64,000 nucleotides of DNA from an uncultured archaeon (GTDB taxonomy: Archaea > Iainarchaeota > Iainarchaeia > Iainarchaeales > JAAZKV01): contig CAYWUL010000001.1 in the NCBI GenBank assembly GCA_964461205.1, positions 28,549 to 92,548 on the forward strand, given 5' to 3'. Shown in pieces: positions 17,355-26,851 of the stretch. The translations under genes were made by a program, and so were the position numbers. The first letter of the stretch is position 1. The number at the start of each line of letters is the position of its first letter. The notes under the pieces were generated by a model. The model was not told the origin of the DNA, did not search any database, and was given only the letters and a program-made list of their open reading frames with translations.

Positions 17355-18805
17355 TCAAAAACTAAAATATATGAATTGTGTTCCACTATTCACTCCTAAA
17401 AATAATATTGCTTCAATCGCAATTAAGAATAACAAAAACTTTGTTTTCCAAGAAAATTTCTCAAATTCAATCAATTTCTTTTCTCTCAGAATCTCAACAA
17501 TAAGCAAACCAAGTATCAATACTAAAGCCAACAAAACCCCAAATATTCCTCCAATGCCTCCTAAATTTACAAAACTTAAATCCTTTCCAATCCCAACAAA
17601 TAAATTTCCAATAATATATACTGCTTCTCCGAAATTATTTGCCCTGAAAAATATCCATGCAAAAGAAACAACAACAAAAGTAATTATTATTTTAAAATAA
17701 TTTGGAATCCTCCATAATTTTTGCATTCTTCCTTTTGGAATTTTTTCAAAAACAATTATTATTCCGTGGATAAAACCCCAAATGGCAAATGTAATTCCTG
17801 CGCCGTGCCACAAACCACTAACAACAAACACAATTAATAAATTAAAATACCATCTTGGCACAGAAACCCTACTCCCCCCTAATGGAATATACAAATAATC
17901 CCTAAACCAAGTTGACAAAGAAATGTGCCATCTGTGCCAGAACTCCGTAATTGATTTTGACAAGTATGGTCTCCTAAAATTGTCCATTATTTTTATTCCT
18001 AACATTTTTGCTGAACCAATTGCCATTAATGAATAAGCAGCAAAATCAATGTAGATTTGAAAAGTGAAAAAGAATGTTGCTAACAACAAGGGAATTCCAG
18101 TATATTCTAACGGAGAACCATAAATAGTGTTAACAACTATTGCTAATCTATCAGCAATAACCACTTTCAAAAATAGGCCCCAAACAAATAACCCAATTCC
18201 AATCCTCAAATTTTCTTTTTTTATTACAATCCTTTTTTTTAATTGAGGAATCAAGTTATCTGCTCTTTCAATTGGTCCTGCAAGCACAGTTGGAAAGAAC
18301 GCAACAAAAGTTGCAAGTATTCCAAGATGTCTCTCAGCTTTTCTGCCCCTATAAACATCTATTACATAACCAAGAGATTGGAAGGTGTAAAAAGAAATTC
18401 CTATTGGTAAAATAATTTGTAAAATAATTGGACTGAATGGAATTCCAATTCCTGCTAACAAATCCCGAGTAACATTGTTGAACAAATTAAAATATTTGAA
18501 AGCAAATAACATTCCAATATTGTAAATAATCGCGATTAACAGAACCATTTTGCTATGTTTTTCTTGTCTTTTTTGCTTTGTTTTTTTGATTTTTGTTTTG
18601 TATATTTTTCAATTAGTATTGCAGCAAAATAATTCACAATTGTTGCAAAAATAATTAACAGAACATATTCTGCCTTTAGTGACATATAAAAATAATAACT
18701 CGCGAGTAGAACAACAACCCATCCTCTATTCCACTTTTTTAGAACGAATAAAAGCACTAAGAGAATTGGAAGAAATAAAAAATATTCTATTGAGTTAAAT
18801 AACAT
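17355..18805 (-). CDS. MBOAT family O-acyltransferase (AlgI/DltB/PatA-like), split into two ORFs by a frame change near 18536-18551
   Basis: The N-terminal ORF (18536-18805, MLFNSIEYFLFLPI...) and C-terminal ORF (17355-18548, ...WHRWHISLSTWFRDYLYIPLGG) together form one typical MBOAT. They overlap by 13 nt at an A4 run. Confidence 0.7.
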
Positions 18806-20386
18806 TTATTCACCTTGGCATGCATTAGAATCATAAACTAAATAATCTCCAAATTCTCCAATTAATTCATAATTGGTTGTTATTGTTTCAAATACTGGTG
18901 GATGTATTTTGTCGTCCCATCCTTTTTTTAGAACAAACCCATTCACACAATTTTGTTTTGTTTCTTCAATTATTTTTGTTATCTCAAAAAAGCAGTATTG
19001 TTTTGTATTTGTGTAATATCCTATTTCTCTTCCGGGCATAAAAACAAAACCATCAAAATTTGTTCCAACAAATTCAATTGTTTCTTGTAATCCATTCTCT
19101 CCATAATTATAAAGAGTTGATGTTGGTGTTATTAATTGAAATAAATTAATGTAAAAACAAGAACCAATATAAAGTGTAAGAAGAATTTCTTTTTTGTGTT
19201 TCAAAATAATCCAAGGCAATAAAGTTACACAATTTATTATTGCAATATATCCTGCTGAAAAGAAATCTTTTGCGTGTGCGAGGGGATCTTTTTGAAATAG
19301 CGCAAAAATAATTCCTGGAAAAAAAATCCATAACAAATGTTTTGTTTTAAATTTTATTTCTTCAATATCAAAGATTCCTGTTGCAACAATTATTATTAAT
19401 GGGAAAAATGCAGCCATGTACTTTGGAAATCTGTATGCGGAAGGAACAGAAAACAAGTATTGTAGGAAAGCAATTATGCTCAAAATGGCAAGAAATCTTG
19501 TTTTCTTGTTTTTTAATCCTAACACAAAAAGTGCTGTCAAAGGGAGAGTAAACCAAAGAAGGTTTGTTTTTAATCCAGAATAAATAATTGTTACAATTTT
19601 TCCATATAAATCAATTCCACCCGAGGTTGAAAACTGTTGCAAAATATAATCAAAAATCGAGAAGGGTGGATAATTAACGAGCAAGCTTACAACAAACCAA
19701 CTTAAAAGAAAAATAATAAATCCTGAAACTAGTAATAAAATACTCTCGATGACTTTTTTCTTTTCTAAAATCTTACTAATAATTACTCCAGCAATCAGGA
19801 TAAAAAACACAGTGAATTTCATCCCTAATACCAAAGCAAAACTAAGTATGATACTAATTTTTTCTAATCCTTTTTCTTTAAATGAATACACGCTTGCCAG
19901 GCAAAAAACTAGTAATGCGGTTGAAAGAATTGTATTGTCAATATCTAGCAATAAGGTGCCTTGTATTGCCAGAGGGCTTATTGTGTATAGTGCTGAAGCA
20001 AGCATTGCAGTTTCTTTTTTCTTAAATATTTGTTTGCCAATAAAAAAAATCAGCAAAATATTTAGTAAGAAAAATGGTAATCCTGATAGTTTAATTAATT
20101 GCTCTGGAAAAATCAACAAGAATCCTGCCAGATAATAAATGTAAGTTGTTGGGTGCCCAACAAATAGTTGAGGTGTAGAATTATCACAAAACTTGATTAA
20201 AGGTTGTCCTGCAGTTAGGACACTTTTTGCCGCGTCAAAATACCAAAATTCGTCAGCACGAATAAATGAATTTGTTTGCAGTAAAACAAGTGTCACAGAG
20301 AGTATTATAAAAATAATCAGTATTCTTTTCATGTTAAAAAGTTTTTGAATTTTTTCAAAAAAAGTTTTTTCTTTCTTAAACATCAC
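18806..20386 (-). CDS. GT-C fold polytopic glycosyltransferase (ArnT/PMT-like, polyprenol-P-sugar dependent)
   Basis: 526 aa, more than 10 predicted TM segments, acidic first-loop motif RADEFWYFDAAKS, soluble C-terminal domain. Stop abuts the MBOAT start. Confidence 0.55.
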   Translation of the reverse strand: MMFKKEKTFFEKIQKLFNMKRILIIFIILSVTLVLLQTNSFIRADEFWYFDAAKSVLTAGQPLIKFCDNSTPQLFVGHPTTYIYYLAGFLLIFPEQLIKLSGLPFFLLNILLIFFIGKQIFKKKETAMLASALYTISPLAIQGTLLLDIDNTILSTALLVFCLASVYSFKEKGLEKISIILSFALVLGMKFTVFFILIAGVIISKILEKKKVIESILLLVSGFIIFLLSWFVVSLLVNYPPFSIFDYILQQFSTSGGIDLYGKIVTIIYSGLKTNLLWFTLPLTALFVLGLKNKKTRFLAILSIIAFLQYLFSVPSAYRFPKYMAAFFPLIIIVATGIFDIEEIKFKTKHLLWIFFPGIIFALFQKDPLAHAKDFFSAGYIAIINCVTLLPWIILKHKKEILLTLYIGSCFYINLFQLITPTSTLYNYGENGLQETIEFVGTNFDGFVFMPGREIGYYTNTKQYCFFEITKIIEETKQNCVNGFVLKKGWDDKIHPPVFETITTNYELIGEFGDYLVYDSNACQGE

Positions 20387-20514
20387 ACTAATATTAGTAA
20401 CATTTATTTATATGTTTTATTTTAAGTGAAAAACAGCAATCTGTACCAAATCTATTATAAAGGGCTTTTTGTTTATTTTTTCTAAGTATTTTAACTAAAA
20501 TAGAAGGGAAATAA

Positions 20515-21201
20515 ATGGAAAAAATAGTTATTTTGTGTGGTGGAAAAGGAACTCGTTTGAGACCATTAACAAAAAAAGTTCCAAAACCACTTGTTCCACT
20601 AAATGGAAAGCCAATTCTAGAATATTTAATGAATTTATGTGCAAAACAAGGATATACTGATTTTATTATTTGTACGGGGTATAAAGCGGGGTTAGTTGAA
20701 AAAACGGTTAAAGAATTTGTAAGCAAAGATTGGAATGTTAAGTTTGTTAATTCTGGAGAAAAAGCAAGTATCCTTGATAGAATAATTGATGCGAGTGAAT
20801 ATTGTGGAGAGAAATTTGCTGTTTGTTATGGGGATGCAATAGCAGACATTAATTTCAGGGAGCTTCTTAATTTTAATGCCAAAAATAATACTTTAATCAC
20901 TATGTCATTATATCAAATGCAGAGTCCATTTGGTTTAATAGAAACAGAAGGAAATAAAGTAACTGCTTTTAAAGAAAAACCAGTTCTTCCTTTTTGGTTT
21001 AATATTGGTTTTTTTGCTTTTGAAAAAAAAATTTTGATTGGAGCAAAAGGCAAGGATTGGGTAAAATTTTTAGAAGAAAATGCAAGCAAGGGTAATATCT
21101 CGGCAATGAAGCATGAGGGAGAGCATTTAACCTTTAATACAGAGCATGAAAAAGCAGAAGCCGAAAAGAAGATAAGTGTTTTCACACACGTTTATGAATA
21201 G
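20515..21201 (+). CDS. sugar-1-phosphate nucleotidyltransferase (glucose-1-P cytidylyltransferase-like)
   Basis: VILCGGKGTRLRPLTKKVPKPLVPLNGKPIL...DFIICTGYK...YGDAIADI...EKP...NIGFFAF. Confidence 0.7.
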   Translation: MEKIVILCGGKGTRLRPLTKKVPKPLVPLNGKPILEYLMNLCAKQGYTDFIICTGYKAGLVEKTVKEFVSKDWNVKFVNSGEKASILDRIIDASEYCGEKFAVCYGDAIADINFRELLNFNAKNNTLITMSLYQMQSPFGLIETEGNKVTAFKEKPVLPFWFNIGFFAFEKKILIGAKGKDWVKFLEENASKGNISAMKHEGEHLTFNTEHEKAEAEKKISVFTHVYE

Positions 21202-21224
21202 TATTGGCAGCATAAGGTGTTTTT

Positions 21225-22208
21225 ATGAATTGGGAAGGAAAAAAAGTTTTAGTAACCGGCGGATCGGGTTTTATTGGTTCACACTTAGTAAAAAAACTTG
21301 TTAATGAAGGAGCAGATGTTACTGTATTAGTTCGTTACCAAGAAAGATTAGATAATATTAGGGTAAGTCCAATTTGGGAAAAAATAAATTTAATGGAAAC
21401 AGATATTAGGAATAGTGATATTTCAAAAAAATTAAATGAATTAGCTCCAGAAATAATTTTTCACTTAGCTGCTTTCAATCACGTTGGAAGAAGTTTTTCA
21501 AATGTGCAAGAATGTTTTGATGTTAACGCTTGGGCAACAGCTAATTTATTAGAATCTTATGATGGTTATGAAAGATTTGTTTATACTTCAACCAGCGAAG
21601 TTTATGGTTTACAAGATAAAGTTCCTTTCGTTGAAACAATGATTCCTCAACCACAAAGCCCATATTCAGTTACAAAATATGCTGGAGAATTATATGCCTT
21701 AATGAAACAAAGACAAACAAATTTGCCAATTGCTGTAATAAGGCCGTTTAATGTTTTTGGACCATATCAAAGCCCTTCTGCAGTAATTCCTGACTTGATT
21801 GTTAAAGCATTAAAAGGAGAAAGAATTTCTACCACAAAAGGAAAACAAACAAGAGAATTTAATTTTGTTGAAAACACAGTTGACGGTTTTTTGTTAATGG
21901 CAGAAAAGAAAGAAGCTATTGGCCAAGTAATTAATATTGGTGGCGGAGAAAGTTGCGAAGTTTCTATTGCTGACTTAGTAAAAAAGATTGCTAAATATTC
22001 TGAATCAAAATCAGAACTTGGTATTGGAGATATAGAATATAGACCTAATGAAATTTGGAGAATGTATTCTAATTCAGAGAAAGCAAAAAAGCTTCTTGGC
22101 TGGGAACCAAAGATTTCTTTTGATGAAGGACTAAAGAAAACTATAGCATGGTTCAAAGAATATAACAAAGAATTTGAAGAAGAAGATGCTCCAATAAAAA
22201 AATTCTGA
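21225..22208 (+). CDS. NAD-dependent sugar-nucleotide dehydratase/epimerase (extended SDR)
   Basis: VLVTGGSGFIGSHLVKKL, TSTSEVYG, YSVTKYAGE catalytic triad region. Confidence 0.7.
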   Translation: MNWEGKKVLVTGGSGFIGSHLVKKLVNEGADVTVLVRYQERLDNIRVSPIWEKINLMETDIRNSDISKKLNELAPEIIFHLAAFNHVGRSFSNVQECFDVNAWATANLLESYDGYERFVYTSTSEVYGLQDKVPFVETMIPQPQSPYSVTKYAGELYALMKQRQTNLPIAVIRPFNVFGPYQSPSAVIPDLIVKALKGERISTTKGKQTREFNFVENTVDGFLLMAEKKEAIGQVINIGGGESCEVSIADLVKKIAKYSESKSELGIGDIEYRPNEIWRMYSNSEKAKKLLGWEPKISFDEGLKKTIAWFKEYNKEFEEEDAPIKKF

Positions 22209-22209
22209 G

Positions 22210-22914
22210 TTACGCTTGTTTTTTTGATGCATAAATAATAATTCCTTCTTGAAAACTCTTTGGAAGAAGATTATTAATATTCTTTCTTATGGTTCCGCCA
22301 CGCCCATCCTTTTGATTACTTGCTTGATAGCTAAACGAATCAATTTTTGTTACATTAAATCCGTGTCTTTCGACGAGCCGAGAAAGACTCTTAATTGAGA
22401 ACACGCTTTTATGCCCAGGGGCCCCGACTTCAGACAAGAATGTTCCAGTTCTGACTCTGCTTGAACTATAATTTGGTAAATCTTTTCCAAAAAGAAGAGA
22501 AATCCGGTTATACCAAACTGCAATGTTTGGGGTTGTTATAATCAAGGTGCCTTTACATATTTTTTCTACTTTTTCAATAAAAAGATCAGGATCAAAAAGA
22601 TGTTCAATTAAATCATTTGCAAAAACATAATCAAATTTTGTGTTTAACTTATCTATTTCATAACAGTCAATCAAAATAGTTTTATAATCTTTTGAATTAT
22701 TCAAATCATTTTTGTTATTATTAGCAATGGTAATTTTAGATTTTGGGAGGATGCTCTTTATTATGTCTGCGCTGAGAACTGTTCCTCCAATATCTAAAAC
22801 TTTTACTTTTTTAGACATAGAGATGTGTTTTTTTATTTTTTTAAACTTATTAATACCGGTAATTCCATCTTGAACATGTTGTACTAGATTTATTTCCATG
22901 ATAATAAACAACAA
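22210..22914 (-). CDS. class I SAM-dependent methyltransferase
   Basis: VLDIGGT..., FANDLIEHLFDP, and a Methyltransf_11-like core. Start uncertain. Confidence 0.55.
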   Translation of the reverse strand: MLFIIMEINLVQHVQDGITGINKFKKIKKHISMSKKVKVLDIGGTVLSADIIKSILPKSKITIANNNKNDLNNSKDYKTILIDCYEIDKLNTKFDYVFANDLIEHLFDPDLFIEKVEKICKGTLIITTPNIAVWYNRISLLFGKDLPNYSSSRVRTGTFLSEVGAPGHKSVFSIKSLSRLVERHGFNVTKIDSFSYQASNQKDGRGGTIRKNINNLLPKSFQEGIIIYASKKQA

Positions 22915-22936
22915 GGTCTTATTTAAAAAGACTTTC

Positions 22937-23863
22937 TTAATTTTTTATCATTCCGATAATAATCCCAAAAGGCCATATTAAAGCCCTTATCCAAGATGCC
23001 AAACCAATAAGCAAACAATTCCAAAAAGAGACTTTTCCTATTGCCTTGTTGATAAATAAAAACTTTATAATTAATACTAAATAAAGAAGAAAAAAAGAAG
23101 CAGGAATCCAAAAACCAATTAATGGATTAACTAAAGTCCCCATTACTGCAACAATTTCACTCAACCAAAATAAATAATAAAAAGCCATTCTCTTTTTTGG
23201 ATAAGATTCTGGATGATTTTTGTAAATACTCTTTGCATCATGCTTTCCAAAAAAATAATTTCTCTTAACAGTGCTCCAAAAAGTTCTTGGCGGACCTTTA
23301 TGATACCTTATAGCTTTATCTGCTAACAAAATTTTGTAACCTGCTTTCAAAACTCGTTTTCCTAATTCTCCATCTTCAAGCCAAACATCTTTGAAACCAC
23401 CAACTTTTTCTAACACGCTTTTTTTGTATGCCCATGCTAAAAAAGGTTCATAATTATTTTCAAATCTAAAAGAATAAAACGCATCTAAGCTCTTTGTGTA
23501 AGCATTATCAGGTTTCCACACATGGATTCGATCAATTACTCCGTCTGCGCCTTCATCAAATTTTTTTAATATTTCTTTTGCCCAATCTTTATTCACTACC
23601 ATGTCACTATCTAAGTAAGCAACAACATCTCCTCTTGCTTTTCTCCATCCATAGTCTCTTGCTAATCCGCGCGACCTTGGTTTGATTGTGTGTACTTTTG
23701 CACCCGCTTTTTTTGCAACTTTTGCTGTCTTATCCGTGCTCCCATTATCAACAACAAGTATTTCAAATGGTTTTACACTCATTTTTTTTAGTGATTCAAT
23801 ACAATCTGGCAAATCTCTTTCTTCATTATAAGCATTTAAAATAACTGACAATTTATACTTCAT
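22937..23863 (-). CDS. GT2 glycosyltransferase with C-terminal TM segments
   Basis: LSVILNAYNEE...VVDNGSTDKT...LDSDMVV. Start set at MKYKLSV. Confidence 0.75.
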   Translation of the reverse strand: MKYKLSVILNAYNEERDLPDCIESLKKMSVKPFEILVVDNGSTDKTAKVAKKAGAKVHTIKPRSRGLARDYGWRKARGDVVAYLDSDMVVNKDWAKEILKKFDEGADGVIDRIHVWKPDNAYTKSLDAFYSFRFENNYEPFLAWAYKKSVLEKVGGFKDVWLEDGELGKRVLKAGYKILLADKAIRYHKGPPRTFWSTVKRNYFFGKHDAKSIYKNHPESYPKKRMAFYYLFWLSEIVAVMGTLVNPLIGFWIPASFFLLYLVLIIKFLFINKAIGKVSFWNCLLIGLASWIRALIWPFGIIIGMIKN

Positions 23864-23975
23864 ATTGAATAATATTTTTCTCTTAGTTTTAAAGGTATTG
23901 GTGCATTTTACCAAGTAGTTTTATTCTACTGTTTGTTCCATAACACTTATTAATGCTTTAAACAATTTTTTTTAT

Positions 23976-24935
23976 ATGATAGAAGCAAGTGAAGAAGCAC
24001 CAAAAAATTGGAATGAAAATATTTCAAAATACAAAACAGCACACATCTATAATACTTCTAATTATGCAGAAGTAATGAAACAATCATTTAATCACAAACC
24101 TATTTTTTTCAAAACAGTAAACAATTTAGCTTTTTTGCTTGGCTTTGAACAAGAATTAAGCGGTATTGCCAGCAAGTTAGGAAAAGGATTTGTTGCATTT
24201 GCTCCACCAGTTGGAAAAGAAGAAGAATTTTCAGCATTAAGAAAAGCAGTGGAAGAAGAATGTAAGAAAAGAAAAATTGTTTCAATCACTTTTTGGAGTT
24301 CAACTCTTTGGAACAAAAATACAGATAAATATTTTTTTGGATATGAAAAAGTTGAAATGCAAAATGTTGTTACTATATTGAATAAAACAGAAGAAGAATT
24401 ATTTGAAAGTTTAGATAGTGCTGCTAAAAAGAATTTGAAAAAAGTGCCGGAACAATTAGAAAATGTAAAAGAAGGAACAAAAGAAGATTTGGACGATTAT
24501 TATAATAATTATAAGGCACATCATGAAGCAATTGGTTTAGAAGTTTATCCAAAAAAATTCTTTGATTTATTATTTTTAGAGGTTGTTGAAAAAGGATTGG
24601 GAAAGTTTTTTGTGCTTCGTGACTCAGATAATGTTTTTGCTGCGGGTTTAATAGTTGGCATGTTTGGAAAAAGTGTTTATGAATTGAGTATTTCTAGTAA
24701 TTGGGAGAAAAGAGATTTGTTTCCAAATGATGTGTTAAAATGGCATACTATAAAATGGGCTAAAGAGAATGGTTTTGAACAATTTGATTTAAGTAATATT
24801 GCAGTTGATGTGGAAGAAGGTTCAAAACAACACGGAGTTAACAGGTTTAAGAAAAAGTTTGGAGAAGTTGTTTCTTACAATGCATATAAGAAAAAAGTGG
24901 GTGCTGCAAAAATACTTTCAAAACTAAAAAAATAA
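23976..24935 (+). CDS. FemAB-like (GNAT-fold, aminoacyl-tRNA-dependent peptidyltransferase family-like) protein
   Basis: 319 aa. NWNENI...YNTSNYAEVMKQ..., SAAKKNLKKV, YKAHHEAIGLEVYPKKFF, FAAGLIV...YELSISS...LKWHTIKWAKENGFEQFDL resemble FemAB/Acetyltransf_6 family landmarks. Confidence 0.5.
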   Translation: MIEASEEAPKNWNENISKYKTAHIYNTSNYAEVMKQSFNHKPIFFKTVNNLAFLLGFEQELSGIASKLGKGFVAFAPPVGKEEEFSALRKAVEEECKKRKIVSITFWSSTLWNKNTDKYFFGYEKVEMQNVVTILNKTEEELFESLDSAAKKNLKKVPEQLENVKEGTKEDLDDYYNNYKAHHEAIGLEVYPKKFFDLLFLEVVEKGLGKFFVLRDSDNVFAAGLIVGMFGKSVYELSISSNWEKRDLFPNDVLKWHTIKWAKENGFEQFDLSNIAVDVEEGSKQHGVNRFKKKFGEVVSYNAYKKKVGAAKILSKLKK

Positions 24936-24963
24936 TAGCCCAAAAAATATTCTTTTTTTACAT

Positions 24964-26133
24964 TTATTTTGAAAAAGATTTAATCCTTTCTGCTAGTTCA
25001 ATTACTTGTTCTTTTTTTAGTCCTTGTACTCCTATTGGAACCATGTATTCAGAAACTTTCTTTGACACCGGAAACTGTGTATAATTTTTTCCAATATTTT
25101 TACTAAAATCTTTAGTATAAAACAATCCTGTCTCCCACCCTTCCTCTTGTAACCTAAACCAAATACTTTCAATATTCTCTCTTGGCTTTTTGAAATAAAC
25201 AGGGACGCGAGTAGCAACATTTATTTCTTTTTTACCATCTTCAGTAAAAACAAACTTTTCTTCTCCCAATTCTTCCTTTAACAATTCAGTGTTCTTTCTT
25301 GTTTGGTTAATTATTTTAGGGAGCATTTTTATTGATACTAATGCGAGAGAAATCTCAAACAGGTCAAGCCTTTCCTTGTTAACTTCTTTTCCACCATAAC
25401 CTAGTTTGCTCAATAATATATAAGGAAAGTCAACATCTGGAAAAAAATTTTTCCAGAATGAAATTTTTGTCTCAAGAAGTTTTTTCCCAAAAGCGTTGTT
25501 TCTTTTATCTGCATTTCTCTCCGCCATGCATCTTTCATAAATTTCTTTGTTATTCGTGCACAATACTCCCCCGTTTCCAACAGGCACATTTTTTCTTAAA
25601 CTAAAAATACTTATTTCTCCAAAAGAACCGGCTTTTTTCCCATTCTTTGCTCCTAAAGAGTGTGCACAGTCTTCAATCAAGGTTAGATTGTTATCCTTGC
25701 AAAAATCAGTTAGTTTTTTTGAATCAATTGCTTTTCCATAAGAATAAATTGCTTGTAGTATTTTAGTGTCTTTTCCTATTTTTTGTTTTGCTTTTTTTAG
25801 ATCAATATTATAAGTCTCATCAATATCTACTGGCAATGTTTTGTATCTTTTATTAATTATTTCATGAACTTGTTTGCAAGTATAAGCTTGTACAAGTACC
25901 TCTTTTTTCTTTTCAATATTCAGTGAATTTAGGCTGGTCATTAGTGCGTGGTTTCCTGATCCAAACAAAAGAGATTTTTTTACTCCAATTACTTTTGCAA
26001 ATTCTTTCTCAAATCTTTTTTCTTTTTCTTCAATATTTTTTTCTTTGTTTAGTTCTTTTTGTAGTTCTTTTGAGTCAATTAAATGATAAAAATATGCCTT
26101 TCTTTTTCGGTAATTTTTACTTAATACTTTCAT
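24964..26133 (-). CDS. DegT/DnrJ/EryC1/StrS-family PLP-dependent sugar aminotransferase
   Basis: LFGSGNHALMTSL, IEDCAHSLGA, and SIFSLRKNVPVGNGG (Schiff-base Lys region). Confidence 0.65.
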   Translation of the reverse strand: MKVLSKNYRKRKAYFYHLIDSKELQKELNKEKNIEEKEKRFEKEFAKVIGVKKSLLFGSGNHALMTSLNSLNIEKKKEVLVQAYTCKQVHEIINKRYKTLPVDIDETYNIDLKKAKQKIGKDTKILQAIYSYGKAIDSKKLTDFCKDNNLTLIEDCAHSLGAKNGKKAGSFGEISIFSLRKNVPVGNGGVLCTNNKEIYERCMAERNADKRNNAFGKKLLETKISFWKNFFPDVDFPYILLSKLGYGGKEVNKERLDLFEISLALVSIKMLPKIINQTRKNTELLKEELGEEKFVFTEDGKKEINVATRVPVYFKKPRENIESIWFRLQEEGWETGLFYTKDFSKNIGKNYTQFPVSKKVSEYMVPIGVQGLKKEQVIELAERIKSFSK

Positions 26134-26232
26134 ATTAAACAGCTGGTTTTAAGCATATAAAAGCGTTTTGATTCAAATATAATCTTTTTTTCACAATAAG
26201 GCTTATTAATCTCTTTTTACTTCTCTTGTTAT

Positions 26233-26844
26233 ATGGTTACAGAAAAGCAGAAGATACATGATAAAAATTGGTCAAAAAAGGATATTTCTCTGAAAATAAA
26301 CGATTCAAATGCATCAATTATTTCTATTTTACCAAGTTTTTCTTGTGCATTGGATGTTGGGTGTGGTACTGGTGAATTAATGCTTTTTTTGAAAAAGAAA
26401 GGAGCAAAAATTAGGGGGGTAGATATTTCTTCAAAGGCATTGTCTGTTGCCAAAAAAAGAGGATTAAATGTTAAAAAAGTTGATTTGGATGAAGGATTAG
26501 AGTTTAGTAGTAATTCTTTTGATCTTGTTATTTGTAATCAAGTTTTAATGCATGTTTTTAATCCATCATTTATTATTTCTGAAATGAAACGAGTTTCAAA
26601 AAAATATGTTCTAATTAATGTTCCAAACCACTTGTATTGGCGTATTAGACTAAAAATGTTGTTTGGTTCTCTTCCGGACATATTATCTAGTCCTGCCGCA
26701 CACATTCGTCTCTTTAATTATTTTCAAATAAGATCCATGATTGACAAGAATGATTTGAGGATAGTTTCAGAGTCTTTTACTGGAAAAAGTCTCTTTCCTT
26801 CAATGCTTGCAACCGGCTTCACTTTTCTTTGTGAGAAAAAATAG
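26233..26844 (+). CDS. class I SAM-dependent methyltransferase
   Basis: ALDVGCGTGELMLFL and FDLVICNQVLMHV motifs. Confidence 0.7.
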   Translation: MVTEKQKIHDKNWSKKDISLKINDSNASIISILPSFSCALDVGCGTGELMLFLKKKGAKIRGVDISSKALSVAKKRGLNVKKVDLDEGLEFSSNSFDLVICNQVLMHVFNPSFIISEMKRVSKKYVLINVPNHLYWRIRLKMLFGSLPDILSSPAAHIRLFNYFQIRSMIDKNDLRIVSESFTGKSLFPSMLATGFTFLCEKK

Positions 26845-26851
26845 TTTTTTT

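Noticed and set aside
20394-20726. 110-aa minus-strand ORF
   Set aside because: It overlaps the start of the well-supported nucleotidyltransferase gene (20515-21201) in antisense. No motifs were found.
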